From Lancefieldella parvula (GTDB lineage Bacteria; Actinomycetota; Coriobacteriia; Coriobacteriales; Atopobiaceae), in contig CAUVID010000001.1 of the NCBI GenBank assembly GCA_963551855.1, positions 1 to 43,167 of the forward strand: a stretch of DNA of 43,167 bases, in the 5' to 3' direction. Position 1 is the stretch's first letter. Each line of letters begins with the position of its first letter. The notes below the pieces were generated by a model, which worked only from the letters and a program-made list of their open reading frames with translations, did not search any database and was not told where the DNA came from. This document shows positions 20,923 to 31,203 of this stretch, piece after piece. The translations under genes and the position numbers were made by a program.

Positions 20923-22209
20923 GTGAAGTTTATCCCAGATTGTCTGCGCCAGAAGATGCATAAAACTTTTGGACCAAAAGACCCTGATGAGAAGATCACT
21001 CCACCAACTGCCACTTCTGTTACAAGAACCTCATTTATTATTCTGGCTGTCTCGGCGGTTGCTGCACCTGTAATAGCTACGGTAGCAAACGTTTTGAGTC
21101 CAGGAATTTCTTATGTTCAGCAGGAGCTTCTTCCTCCACAGCTTAATTCAAAAGTTCCAGGCTACGCTCGAGCGCTTATTCAACTTGCGCAACGAGAGGG
21201 CTCCCTCAATCTTTTATGTACTTCCAAAGATGCGGTAAAGCCCCTGGTAGAAACATATTCAAGAATGTTTTCTATGCCTGTTACGGTGGGTGAGGCAACG
21301 GAGGAAGAAATTCAGGAGTTTATTCAGCAAACATATACTTCTGGTAAGAGTTCGGAGTCTGAAACTTCTGATACCAAATCTGGTACTGATTGGGGTTTTG
21401 AGAAACCCGATGTCATTTTCTTGGCAAGCGAAGCTCTTATGCAAAATTTTGAGACTTCCGCATATTGTCAACCGTTTGAAGTTTCTTCAACAGACCAGTA
21501 CGTGCGCCCTGAGTTTTTTGACGCCAACGGACACTGGTATGCCTACGCTGCAGATCCATTGGTTTTACTGGTAAATCAAGAACGCCTTAATGAGAAAAAG
21601 ATTTTGCGTCCTCACGAATGGACCGATCTTCTTACAGATGGCCTGCGTGGAAGGTATGTTATTCCTGACCCCGCACTTACGTATACGGGCAAGAAGTTTG
21701 AATCGCTCTTTTTAGGACAGTATGGTCTAGATAAAGGCACTCAAATTATCCAAAGTTTGTTTGAAAATGTTGACGCATTTTCTGAGAGTACCCATCAAGC
21801 TATTAGAGACACAGGATTTGGCAGGTATAGGGCTTGTGTTTGTCCGCTGAGCGCTGCTTATAGGGCAATTACTAAAGACGATTTTGATAATCTTTCAGTT
21901 ATTCTACCAGGCACTTCTTATTTCTCTACGATAAGGTCATTTGTATGTCAGGGGTCAAAACATACGTATTCAGCGTATTTATGGCAGGAATTTATTACCA
22001 AACGAGATTCTGCTGAACACATGGGAGAAATGGACTCGTTTTTCTCGCCAGTTATTGAGGGAACACCAACGCCTTGGTATGCAGATCGTCTGAATTTGAC
22101 AGCAGTAAGTGAATCAATGCAGATAGCTCCTGCTCCAACCGATGCAGAAGGAAATCTCATCAAGCTTGAAGACGTCCACGCTACCTACAGTAAGTTGGTC
22201 AACGCATAG
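20923..22209 (+). CDS. Extracellular solute-binding protein (Fe3+/thiamine/polyamine-type fold), divergent
   Basis: AAGGAGG RBS + GTG; N-terminal hydrophobic anchor; PDV, LLVN..L, P.EWTDLL, IPDP..T.TG motifs. Confidence 0.7.
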   Translation: MKFIPDCLRQKMHKTFGPKDPDEKITPPTATSVTRTSFIILAVSAVAAPVIATVANVLSPGISYVQQELLPPQLNSKVPGYARALIQLAQREGSLNLLCTSKDAVKPLVETYSRMFSMPVTVGEATEEEIQEFIQQTYTSGKSSESETSDTKSGTDWGFEKPDVIFLASEALMQNFETSAYCQPFEVSSTDQYVRPEFFDANGHWYAYAADPLVLLVNQERLNEKKILRPHEWTDLLTDGLRGRYVIPDPALTYTGKKFESLFLGQYGLDKGTQIIQSLFENVDAFSESTHQAIRDTGFGRYRACVCPLSAAYRAITKDDFDNLSVILPGTSYFSTIRSFVCQGSKHTYSAYLWQEFITKRDSAEHMGEMDSFFSPVIEGTPTPWYADRLNLTAVSESMQIAPAPTDAEGNLIKLEDVHATYSKLVNA

Positions 22210-22241
22210 CTCTTTCCATACGTTAAGCATTTGAACATCAA

Positions 22242-22270
22242 AAAACGGCCCAGGTAAACTGAGCCGTTTT
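22242..22270. terminator. Bidirectional terminator between the binding-protein gene and glnA
   Basis: AAAACGGCCCAG-GTAAA-CTGAGCCGTTTT. Confidence 0.75.
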
Positions 22271-22285
22271 GCTTTAAAGATGGAG

Positions 22286-22311
22286 TGGCGAGAAGACCGG
22301 TTTTCTCGCCA
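22286..22311. repeat. Inverted pair of the GNNYTTCTCGCC motif
   Basis: TGGCGAGAAGACC|GGTTTTCTCGCCA, about 20 bp beyond the glnA stop. Confidence 0.9.
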
Positions 22312-22329
22312 AGAAGTTCTGATGAAGCA

Positions 22330-24423
22330 CTAGACGTAGAAGAGCATCTTGTTGTAGCTAGGAACTGGCCACCAGTCATGTCCGCAGATGAGCTCCATGG
22401 AGTCAACGGCGCTACGCAGGCGGGCCATAGCAGGAAGAACCTCATTGCAGTAGTATTCGCACTGCTCCTGAGGTTGATCTTTCATCTGGTGAGCTGTGGT
22501 GTTGATCTCATCAAGACTGTTGGTAGCTGCGTAAATCTCGTCAATACCTGCGGTGAGTTTCTCGACAATCTCTGTCTCTGCTGCACTCTTGATGCCAATG
22601 GCCTGCTTAGCAGCAACTGAAGAGGCAACATCACTTGAGTAGGTAAAGAGGGCAGGCAGGTACATGTGGCGCGTCATATACAGCATGGTACGAGCCTCGA
22701 TGTTAAGAACCTTGGTGTACTGCTCAGCCTTTGCAATGTAGCGAGCCTGTGCTTCTGCTTGAGAAAGAACGCCGTAGCGCTCAAAGAGCTCAATGTTCTC
22801 TGGAGCAACCATTGCAGGGAGTGCCTCAGGAGTGGTGCGGAGGTTTGGAAGGCCGCGCTCCTCAGCAAGTTTCTCCCAATCGCCTGAGTAGCCATTGCCC
22901 TCAAAGAGGATGCGCTCGTGAGCCTTAAAGGTGTCAATAACCCAGTTCAAGGCTTCCTTAGTGAAGTTCTCCCCAGAAACGTTTTCAAGGTCATTTGCAA
23001 AGCGGTCACACTGCTCAGCAACAATGGTGTTCAAAATAACATTAGGGTCAGAAAGATTCTGCTGGCTGCCACACATGCGGAACTCAAACTTGTTACCAGT
23101 AAACGCAAAGGGGCTGGTACGGTTTCTGTCTGTGTTGTCCCTAAGAACTGCAGGAAGTGTTGGCACGCCCAGATCCATACGAGTGCGCTTTGCACCGTGG
23201 ACATCGGAGCCTGTGATGAGGTCATCAACAATTACAGAAAGCGCAGCACCTAGGAAGACTGAAACAATTGCAGGTGGAGCCTCATTTGCGCCAAGACGGT
23301 GATCGTTTCCAGCAGATGCAACTGACATGCGCAGGAGATCTGCATGCGAGTCAACGGCGGCAACAAGGCAGGCAAGGAAGACCAAGAAGCGAAGGTTCTC
23401 GCCAGGTTTATCACCAGGCTCAAGTAGGTTCTCATTGTCTGCAGAAAGCGACCAGTTGTCGTGTTTACCAGAGCCATTGACATACTCAAAGGGTTTCTCG
23501 TGCTCAAGGCAGGCAAGACCGTGATGAGTTGCAAGAAGCTTGAGCTTCTCCATGGTCAGGAGGTTGTTGTCAATAGCGAGTGCACCTTGCTCAAAGACGG
23601 GTGCAAGCTCATGCTGGCAAGGAGCAACCTCATTGTGCTTGGTCTTTGCAGGGATGCCCAGCTTCCAGAGCTCGTCATCAAGCTCTTTCATGAAGTTGTT
23701 GACGGTTGGACGAATGGCACCAAAGTAGTGCTCGTCAAGCTCCTGACCTTTGCTTGGTTCGCAACCAAAGAGGGTACGACCACACAGAATAAGGTCAGGA
23801 CGCTGCTCAAAGTCTTCCTCTTTGATAAGGAAGTATTCCTGCTCTGGGCCAATGTTTGTAACAACGCGAGAAGGCTCTTGTCCAAAGAGAGCGAGCACAC
23901 GTTTAGCCTGCTTTTCAAGGGCAACCTGAGAGCGAAGTAGCGGAGTACGCTTGTCTAGAGCTTCTCCGGTGTATGAAATAAATGCTGTTGGAATGCAGAG
24001 GACTTCATCTTTGATGAAAGTTGGGCTTGCAGGATCCCAAACCGTGTAACCGCGCGCCTCAAACGTGGCACGCAGTCCGCCAGAAGGGAAGCTTGATGCG
24101 TCAGGTTCGCCCTGTACCAGCTCTTTTCCCGAGAAGGACATCAAAATAGTGCCGTTTCCCTGAGGAGTCATAAAGCTGTCGTGCTTCTCGGAAGTAATGC
24201 CTGTGAGAGGCTGGAACCAGTGGGTGAAGTGAGTAGCACCTTTTTCTAGCGCCCACTCTTTCATGGCATGCGCAACCTCGTTTGCAATGTCGAGGTCAAG
24301 CGGCTTGCCGTCCTGGATGACACTACGAAGTTTCTTGTACGTTGGCCTTGGCAGGCGTTCTTGCATGTCTGCGTCGGTAAAGAGAAGTGAGCCAAATTCC
24401 TGAGAAACTTTGTCGTGAGCCAC
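22330..24423 (-). CDS. glnA: Glutamine synthetase type III
   Basis: [62 protein letters not shown] 24423 with AAGGAGG RBS. Confidence 0.96.
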   Translation of the reverse strand: MAHDKVSQEFGSLLFTDADMQERLPRPTYKKLRSVIQDGKPLDLDIANEVAHAMKEWALEKGATHFTHWFQPLTGITSEKHDSFMTPQGNGTILMSFSGKELVQGEPDASSFPSGGLRATFEARGYTVWDPASPTFIKDEVLCIPTAFISYTGEALDKRTPLLRSQVALEKQAKRVLALFGQEPSRVVTNIGPEQEYFLIKEEDFEQRPDLILCGRTLFGCEPSKGQELDEHYFGAIRPTVNNFMKELDDELWKLGIPAKTKHNEVAPCQHELAPVFEQGALAIDNNLLTMEKLKLLATHHGLACLEHEKPFEYVNGSGKHDNWSLSADNENLLEPGDKPGENLRFLVFLACLVAAVDSHADLLRMSVASAGNDHRLGANEAPPAIVSVFLGAALSVIVDDLITGSDVHGAKRTRMDLGVPTLPAVLRDNTDRNRTSPFAFTGNKFEFRMCGSQQNLSDPNVILNTIVAEQCDRFANDLENVSGENFTKEALNWVIDTFKAHERILFEGNGYSGDWEKLAEERGLPNLRTTPEALPAMVAPENIELFERYGVLSQAEAQARYIAKAEQYTKVLNIEARTMLYMTRHMYLPALFTYSSDVASSVAAKQAIGIKSAAETEIVEKLTAGIDEIYAATNSLDEINTTAHQMKDQPQEQCEYYCNEVLPAMARLRSAVDSMELICGHDWWPVPSYNKMLFYV

Positions 24424-24668
24424 AGCCCCTCCTTGTGGGTAAATGCTGGCAGTTAGTCTGATTTCTCGCATGCAATGCACATTATATCGCTTGTATTTTC
24501 GCACGAATGACACAGCAGGGATATATAGGATACAAACAGAAACAGAACGCTTACAAAAAATTTTAGCTGCCGCCAGAAGAGATGTGGGCTTTGTTTCCGT
24601 GGGCTCTGGCGCGCATAAGCGGAGGAAGTCTTAGTACAATAGAGGTACACAAACAAAGAGGAGCAGGT

Positions 24669-27407
24669 ATGTCTGATACTACTATGCCAGTTGATATTAC
24701 AGATCAAAATAATGCTGTGTCGCCTGAAGAAGTTGCAGGTAAACCACGTAGAACTATTGCTGTTATTGACGGAAACTCGCTCATGCATAGAGCGTTCCAC
24801 GCAATCCGTCAGCCTATGGCAGCACCAGATGGAACGCCAACTGGAGCGCTCTTTGGCTTCTTCAACATGTTCATCAAACTTGTTGAGTCCTTCTCGCCTG
24901 ACGGCGTGATTTGTGCCTTTGATAAGGGAAAACCGCAGGTTCGCATTGATATGCTGCCGCAGTACAAAGCTCAGCGTCCTCCTATGGACCCTGCTTTGCA
25001 CGCGCAGTTTCCTGTAGTCAAAGAGTTGCTCAAAACGCTGGATGTTCCTGTCTGCCAGCTTGAAGGCTGGGAGGGTGATGACATCTTGGGTACCCTTGCC
25101 CGCCGTGGTGAGGCTGAGGGTTACCAGATGCTGCTCTTCACGGGTGACCGCGATATGTACCAGCTTTCCACAGAAAACGTCAAGATTGTTTCTACGCGCA
25201 AGGGCGTCTCTGACGTCTCAATCATGACGCCGGAGACTGTGGCAGATCTCTACGCAGGTATTACGCCAGAGCTTGTCCCAGATTTCTATGGCCTTAAGGG
25301 AGATTCTTCTGACAACATTCCGGGCGTTCCCGGAATTGGCCCCAAGAAAGCTGCTGCTTTAATTGTGGAGTATGGCTCGCTTGATGAGGTTATTGCCCAC
25401 GCTGACGAGGTTAAAGGCAAGGTGGGAGAAAACCTTCGCGCTCATATTGATGACGCGCTACTCTCCCGTAAGGTTGCAACTATTCGCACTGATGCGCCGC
25501 TTGATATCAACCTGGAAGATGCTCAGTTCCCAACGTTTGATCCAAATGACGTGGTCAAGGCTTTCTCGGCTTTGGGCTTTACGGGCATGACCTCAAGGCT
25601 TGCTCGCATGGCCGGTGGCTCTGCCGCTGGCGCAGTTGCACAAACCGCCTCTGCTACACCTGCGCTTCCTATTCCGTCAGAGTATTTGCAGGCAGGAGAC
25701 GCATCTGCTGCTCTGACCGCTGCACTTGAGAACCAGGAATGGATCGGCGTTGCAGAAGACTCTGCCGCCGATGCTGGCGCGCTCTTTAGCCTTTCTCGTA
25801 CACTTTGGGTGTCTACAGAAAAGGCACTCCTCAAATTTGAGGGTGAAAACGCCACCGCAGCACTTTTGCGTATTTTGCGAGAAGCCCATGTAGCTGCAGA
25901 CGATGCCAAGGCGTTGCTGCACGAGGTAAGCCCTGTTGATTCGTCTGAGCCACAGAAGATGGATATTGAAACCATTGATTCTGATCGACTCTTTGATACG
26001 GGTGTTGCCGCGTATCTGCTTGAGTCTGATCGTTCAAGTTTTGATATCAATGGCTTGGTTGAACTGTACTTTGGCTCTGAGCTTCCTGAGCCTACAGATG
26101 AGATTCCTGCAGCAGCATTAAGAGCAGTAGCTGCAAGAAACCTTGTTCCTGTACTGACTAAAAAGCTTGAAGACGATGGCTCATATGAGCTGTTTGCTGC
26201 GCTTGAAATGCAGCTTCTACCGGTCCTTGCCGCAATGGAGCGTCGTGGTCTCTACGTTGATCCTCAAGAACTTGCTCAGCAGTCTGCCCAGCTAGCGGAA
26301 GATATTGCGCAGCGCGTGGCAAGCATTCACCAGACAGCAGGTGAAGATTTCAACTTGGATTCTCCAAGCCAGCTTTCGCATATCTTATTTGACGTGCTTA
26401 AACTTCCAACCTACGGCCTTAAAAAGACGCGTACTGGTTTCTACTCCACCAACGCAAAAGTTCTAGGAGAGCTGGCGCAGGAGTACCAGATTGTTGCTGA
26501 CGTCCTTGAATATCGTGAGCGCGCCAAGATCAAATCAACCTATCTCGATGCGCTTCCTGCACTTATTCGTGGCGATAAGCGCATCCACACTACGTTCAAC
26601 CAGACCGTTGCTGCAACAGGCAGGCTTTCCAGCTCTGATCCAAACCTGCAGAACATTCCTACCCGCTCTGAGCTGGGACATCGTGTCCGTACTGCCTTTA
26701 CCGTTCCCGAGGGCAGCGTTTTTCTCGCCTGCGACTACTCCCAGATTGAGCTGCGCTTGCTGGCACATCTTTCAGCTGACGAGCACCTGGTAGCAGCATT
26801 TAACTCTGGTGCCGATTTCCACGCCGCAACTGCCGCACGCGTCTTTGGCGTGCCTGTTGAAGAGGTCACGCCAGCACTTCGTAGCCGTGCTAAGGCAGTT
26901 AACTTTGGCATTGTCTATGGTCAGCAGGCCTTTGGTCTGGCAACGTCTCTGAAGATTTCCCGCAAGGAAGCGCAAGAGATGATTGACCGCTATTTTGACG
27001 CATATCCTGGAGTCCGTGCATACCTTGACGATTCCGTCCGTACTGCTCACGAGACTGGTTATGCGATTACCATGTACGGTCGTAAGCGCCACATTAGAGA
27101 GTTCAATCAGTCAAATCGCCAGCTCATTGCCTTTGGCGAGCGTACTGCTATGAATCACCCTATGCAGGGAAGTGCTGCAGACATTATCAAAATTGCAATG
27201 ATTAATGTCGAGAAACGCCTGCGTGATGAGGGTCTTGCGTCAAAGCTGATTCTTCAGATTCACGACGAACTTGACTTGGAAGTTCCAGAGTCAGAGATTG
27301 AGACAGTCTCTGCGTTGGTAAAAGAGACCATGGAAGACGTTGTTACCCTGCGTGTCCCTCTGATTGCTGATGTCAGCTATGGCTCCAATTGGGCTGAGGC
27401 AAAGTAA
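24669..27407 (+). CDS. polA: DNA polymerase I
   Basis: 5'-3' exonuclease (IDGNSL..RAF, GDSSDNIPGVPGIG), DYSQIELR, AKAVNFGIVYG, QIHDEL. Confidence 0.98.
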   Translation: MSDTTMPVDITDQNNAVSPEEVAGKPRRTIAVIDGNSLMHRAFHAIRQPMAAPDGTPTGALFGFFNMFIKLVESFSPDGVICAFDKGKPQVRIDMLPQYKAQRPPMDPALHAQFPVVKELLKTLDVPVCQLEGWEGDDILGTLARRGEAEGYQMLLFTGDRDMYQLSTENVKIVSTRKGVSDVSIMTPETVADLYAGITPELVPDFYGLKGDSSDNIPGVPGIGPKKAAALIVEYGSLDEVIAHADEVKGKVGENLRAHIDDALLSRKVATIRTDAPLDINLEDAQFPTFDPNDVVKAFSALGFTGMTSRLARMAGGSAAGAVAQTASATPALPIPSEYLQAGDASAALTAALENQEWIGVAEDSAADAGALFSLSRTLWVSTEKALLKFEGENATAALLRILREAHVAADDAKALLHEVSPVDSSEPQKMDIETIDSDRLFDTGVAAYLLESDRSSFDINGLVELYFGSELPEPTDEIPAAALRAVAARNLVPVLTKKLEDDGSYELFAALEMQLLPVLAAMERRGLYVDPQELAQQSAQLAEDIAQRVASIHQTAGEDFNLDSPSQLSHILFDVLKLPTYGLKKTRTGFYSTNAKVLGELAQEYQIVADVLEYRERAKIKSTYLDALPALIRGDKRIHTTFNQTVAATGRLSSSDPNLQNIPTRSELGHRVRTAFTVPEGSVFLACDYSQIELRLLAHLSADEHLVAAFNSGADFHAATAARVFGVPVEEVTPALRSRAKAVNFGIVYGQQAFGLATSLKISRKEAQEMIDRYFDAYPGVRAYLDDSVRTAHETGYAITMYGRKRHIREFNQSNRQLIAFGERTAMNHPMQGSAADIIKIAMINVEKRLRDEGLASKLILQIHDELDLEVPESEIETVSALVKETMEDVVTLRVPLIADVSYGSNWAEAK

Positions 27408-27441
27408 ACACGTAAGAGGCGCGTTCTAGAGGAGATTTGGT

Positions 27442-27954
27442 ATGGAGGCTGCAACCTCATATATGCACGTCACAGTCTATACAGACGGTGCGTCTCGAGG
27501 AAACCCTGGTCCTGGTGGCTACGGGGCCGTGCTTCTATATACCGATCCCTCCGGCCAGCAGCATACAAAAGAGTTCAGCCAGGGTTATAAATCCACTACA
27601 AATAACCGAATGGAGCTCCTCGGCGTCATTGTTGCACTTGAAGCGCTTAAGCGTCCCTGCCAGGTTGAGCTCTATTCCGATTCAAAGTACGTAGTTGATG
27701 CGTTTAATCAAAAATGGGTCTCGGGGTGGATTAGAAAAGGCTGGAAAACGGCTTCTAAAGAGCCTGTCAAAAACGTAGACCTTTGGAAGCGTTTGCTTTC
27801 CGCCATGGAAGACCATGAGGTAAGTTTTAAGTGGGTCAAAGGCCACGCAGGTCACCCACTTAACGAGCGTTGCGATCAGCTGGCTACTGAAGCTGCTGAC
27901 GGCTCCAATCTTCTTGACGACCAGGGATTCTTTGCTGATCAGCCGTTGCTGTAA
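27442..27954 (+). CDS. rnhA: Ribonuclease HI
   Basis: [37 protein letters not shown]. Confidence 0.97.
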   Translation: MEAATSYMHVTVYTDGASRGNPGPGGYGAVLLYTDPSGQQHTKEFSQGYKSTTNNRMELLGVIVALEALKRPCQVELYSDSKYVVDAFNQKWVSGWIRKGWKTASKEPVKNVDLWKRLLSAMEDHEVSFKWVKGHAGHPLNERCDQLATEAADGSNLLDDQGFFADQPLL

Positions 27955-27967
27955 CCTAAACGCATAG

Positions 27968-27987
27968 GGCGAGAAGATCTTCTCGCC
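27968..27987. repeat. Inverted pair of the GNNYTTCTCGCC motif (perfect 20-bp palindrome)
   Basis: GGCGAGAA-GATC-TTCTCGCC, 13 bp after the rnhA stop. Confidence 0.92.
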
Positions 27988-28007
27988 ACACATACTCTTT
28001 ACAAGAA

Positions 28008-28036
28008 AACAGCCGCCTGAGTGGGCGGCTGTTCTT
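28008..28036. terminator. Terminator between rnhA and the convergent degV gene
   Basis: AACAGCCGCCT-GAGT-GGGCGGCTGTT with A/T-rich flanks. Confidence 0.8.
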
Positions 28037-28058
28037 AGTTGCATGAGGCGATTAACTG

Positions 28059-28916
28059 TTAGTAGCCAAATACGGCATAGCCAACAAGACCTGGTCCCGT
28101 ATGGACAACAAGGTCTGAGCCAGCCTCGACATACCTAAAGTCGGTGACATTAGGGATTGCCTCTTTAATCATGGCTTCCATTTCGGAGTAAATGATATTA
28201 GGCGCGGAGCAACAAATTCCTACATGAACGCGGTCAAATTGCTGAGCAAAGGTTGCTCCCAGAGCAATTTGTCCTGCTAGAGACTTCTGCCAACCACGAG
28301 TCTTCTTGGCAATGGTGTATTTGCCATTTTCATCGCAGGTAAGAACAGGTTTAATGTTCAACATGGAACCAATGCGATAAATTGCCTCAGAAATGCGGCC
28401 ACCTTTGCGTAAATACTCAAGGCTTGGAACGGAGAAATATACACGTGTGTTCAGAGAAGCCTGATCAAGTTTGGCACCAATCTCCTCAAGAGAAAGACCC
28501 TGCTCAATAAGACGTTGAGCTTCAATAACAATAAGGCCGGAAGCAATGCCAATGTTTTTGGTATCAACAACATAAATAGGGAAGTCTGTAATGGACTCTG
28601 CAATCATGCGAGCAGTATCGCAGGTAGCAGAAAGTCCAGAGGAGATAGCAACGTAAACGGCACCCTCATAACCTGCTGCTTTTGCATCATCAAACGCAGC
28701 TTTAATGCCCTCAGGAGAAGGAAGTGAAGTTTTAGGAACTTCTTCTTCAAAGCGAGCAACAAGCTCTGCTGGTGTGATGGTAATGCCGGACTCGTAGGAA
28801 GAGCCGTCAGAATAGTTAATGCGAAGTGGGGTGATACGAATATTGTGTTCAGCAACAAAATCAGGTGGGACATTAGTTCCTGAGTCTGTGATGATGGCAA
28901 TTCGCTTAGTGTCCAT
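28059..28916 (-). CDS. DegV family (FakB-like) protein, second paralog
   Basis: IAIITDS, PKTSLPS, ISSGLSAT, KGGRI, VHTGPG. Confidence 0.93.
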   Translation of the reverse strand: MDTKRIAIITDSGTNVPPDFVAEHNIRITPLRINYSDGSSYESGITITPAELVARFEEEVPKTSLPSPEGIKAAFDDAKAAGYEGAVYVAISSGLSATCDTARMIAESITDFPIYVVDTKNIGIASGLIVIEAQRLIEQGLSLEEIGAKLDQASLNTRVYFSVPSLEYLRKGGRISEAIYRIGSMLNIKPVLTCDENGKYTIAKKTRGWQKSLAGQIALGATFAQQFDRVHVGICCSAPNIIYSEMEAMIKEAIPNVTDFRYVEAGSDLVVHTGPGLVGYAVFGY

Positions 28917-29120
28917 TATCCGCTCCAAATATATACGTGCTACAAGTAACTAAACGTTGACTTTCTATTACCCACATTTTACATAGAGATATACCCCGTT
29001 TCCCCGAGATATGACAAGTTGCCCTCAACGGTAGGTAGACGGTACACTAGGCATATAACTCGAGAAAAACTTGCATAGTTAACGGCCAATGTCATTTAGA
29101 TAAAGAGAGAACGGCAGATA

Positions 29121-30497
29121 ATGTCTAGTATTTATAGAGAGCCCGCTGTAGTAAGAAGAATTAGCCAGCGTTCTTCTTTAAAGAAAATCACCTCTAACAG
29201 CACTATTGCAGCAGCAGTCATGGTGCTTGCAGCTCTTATTGCGCTTGTAGTTGCCAACTCTCCTGCTCATGAGGTAGTCCGAGAAATTCTTGAAGTCCAG
29301 ATGAGTTTCTCGCTTGGTACCATTCATGCATATATGGCTTTGGAAGTCTTTGTTAATGACTTTCTCATGGCCATCTTTTTCTTGCTTGTAGGTATTGAGC
29401 TCAAGTATGAGGTAACTGTTGGTCAGCTCAGAAAGCCAAGACAGGCAATGCTTCCTATGCTTGCCGCTGTTGGTGGTGTTGCCGTTCCTGCCCTTATTTA
29501 TCTGGCTCTTAATGCAAGTTCTGCTCCTCATGGCTGGGCAACCCCAATTGCAACCGATATTGCCTTTGCGCTGGGTGTCATGTCGCTGTTGGGCAACAGA
29601 ATTAGTCCGCAAACCAAGGTCTTTTTCCAAACACTTGCAATTGCTGATGATATCCTGGCTATTGTGGTCATTGCGCTTTTCTATGGTCACACGCCAGATA
29701 TTGCCTGGTTAGCAGCTTCTCTTGGAGTACTTGTCATTTTGTGGGGAATGAATCGCCTGAAGATTTACTCTTCTGGTCCGTATTTGCTTGTTGGTTTGGT
29801 GCTCTGGGTTTGCATGTATCACTCAGGAATTCACGCTACTCTTGCAGGTGTTCTCCTTGCCTTCTTCTTGCCATCTCACTCTGATGTTCGTCTGAGCAAG
29901 CTGGGTAGTTGGCTTTCTAGGCGTGCTCGTGAGCTTGATGATCACTACGATGATGAGCATCACGTTTTAGGTCAGCATGACTTTACGCATGGAGCTAACT
30001 CAATCGAGCAGGTCATGCATCACGTAACTCCACCACTTCAGCGTGTTGAGCACTACATTTCTGTTTTTGTGAACTTTGTTGTTCTGCCCATCTTTGCGTT
30101 TGTTAATGCGCAGATTACGCTCGTGGGAGCAGATTTTGGTGCGCTTCTTAACAGCAACATTGCTCACGGCGTATTCTTTGGCGCCGTTCTTGGAAAGCCA
30201 TTGGGAATTATTCTTGTGACATTCCTATTGGTAAAGGTTAAAATCTGCAAACTTCCTGCAAAAGTTGATTGGATTCAGATTACAGCCGTTGGTCTGATGG
30301 GTGGCTTAGGCTTTACCATGTCAATTCTTATTTCTAACCTTGCATTCCCAGATGCAGGAGAGATTCTTGCAGCTAAAGTAGCCGTTCTTGCTGCATCATT
30401 TGCTTCAGCTATCTTGGGCCTACTTTTTGTACACCTCGCAGAGTTTTACAAGCGCCAAAGGCAGAGTAGCTTAAGGGAAGACGCCGTACAAGAATGA
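29121..30497 (+). CDS. nhaA: Na+/H+ antiporter NhaA
   Basis: NDFLMAIFF, ATDIAFA, LAIADD, SGIHAT, GKPLG, GFTMS. Confidence 0.95.
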   Translation: MSSIYREPAVVRRISQRSSLKKITSNSTIAAAVMVLAALIALVVANSPAHEVVREILEVQMSFSLGTIHAYMALEVFVNDFLMAIFFLLVGIELKYEVTVGQLRKPRQAMLPMLAAVGGVAVPALIYLALNASSAPHGWATPIATDIAFALGVMSLLGNRISPQTKVFFQTLAIADDILAIVVIALFYGHTPDIAWLAASLGVLVILWGMNRLKIYSSGPYLLVGLVLWVCMYHSGIHATLAGVLLAFFLPSHSDVRLSKLGSWLSRRARELDDHYDDEHHVLGQHDFTHGANSIEQVMHHVTPPLQRVEHYISVFVNFVVLPIFAFVNAQITLVGADFGALLNSNIAHGVFFGAVLGKPLGIILVTFLLVKVKICKLPAKVDWIQITAVGLMGGLGFTMSILISNLAFPDAGEILAAKVAVLAASFASAILGLLFVHLAEFYKRQRQSSLREDAVQE

Positions 30498-30499
30498 AC

Positions 30500-30784
30500 C
30501 TAATGAGACGTACGACTCTTTCTATCCCTGACTATTAAAATGCAGAGCCCCACAAAATAATACGCAGAAGTTATTAAAAAACTGGCGCGTAGAATGTTCA
30601 CTCCGCCTATTGAGGCCTCTTGCCCTGCAGGAGAGAGACACATCAAGACAATGGTGAATAGCCATATAAGAAGTAAACAAATATTGACTATCTTATTAAT
30701 AAGATAAGCTATTGGAGTAGAAGCATCAAAAAATATACCTCTATCAAAGATGCTAATGAAAAAATCTTTCCAAGAGTCATACAT
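30500..30784 (-). CDS. Small AT-rich membrane protein (94 aa)
   Basis: GGAGG RBS, two hydrophobic segments, low GC. Confidence 0.6.
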   Translation of the reverse strand: MYDSWKDFFISIFDRGIFFDASTPIAYLINKIVNICLLLIWLFTIVLMCLSPAGQEASIGGVNILRASFLITSAYYFVGLCILIVRDRKSRTSH

Positions 30785-30861
30785 GACGAGCCTCCAACTT
30801 GTTAGAAAAAGACCCTGTATATATGCAATTTTATCACTTATATAAAATCAATAAGCTATAG

Positions 30862-31131
30862 TTACTCAACAGTGCCGTAGGTAAAGCCCCAACCGTGCGC
30901 TGTAACAATTGAGTTAATCTGATCGCAGAGGCGAGCGCGGACATATGTGCCAGAGGGAATCAACTCAATAACTTCTTGCAAATCTTCTTCAAGATCGTCT
31001 ACTTCAGCTTGAATCAGCACGTCAACCTTAGTGACTGTGCCCGAAGGTTTGCGCTTATAAAGATTATCAACAAGGTGCTGGAGCTCGCCATATGCCTCCG
31101 AGCGCATGCCAGGCTGTGCAGAATTTGCCAT
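30862..31131 (-). CDS. Hypothetical protein (89 aa)
   Basis: AAGGAG RBS before ATG 31131; host-like codon usage. Confidence 0.75.
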   Translation of the reverse strand: MANSAQPGMRSEAYGELQHLVDNLYKRKPSGTVTKVDVLIQAEVDDLEEDLQEVIELIPSGTYVRARLCDQINSIVTAHGWGFTYGTVE

Positions 31132-31203
31132 GATTCTCCTTGTCGCGTCGATTTTCAAATCACCTATACTTTGTATCACGCAGAGATCGAAAAGGGGAGT
31201 GTC

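Noticed and set aside
19192..22237. Similar 19-mers after two stop codons (reverse of 19192-19210 vs 22219-22237, 15/19) and a 13-mer shared with 27406
   Set aside because: Too short and too few to separate from chance
24529..24554. GATAC-N5-GAAAC-N6-CTTAC upstream of glnA as an actinobacterial GlnR box
   Set aside because: Spacing and half-sites deviate from GTNAC-N6-GAAAC, and no regulator evidence in the window
24453..25001. 182-aa minus-strand ORF upstream of glnA
   Set aside because: Largely antisense to the polA 5' region with no recognisable protein features
25620..26200. Degenerate 3'-5' exonuclease domain of PolA
   Set aside because: Common in Gram-positive Pol I; not unusual
30976..31203. 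76-aa N-terminal extension of the aminotransferase in the ORF track
   Set aside because: Overlaps the divergent 89-aa gene; ATG 31204 has a good GGGGAG RBS
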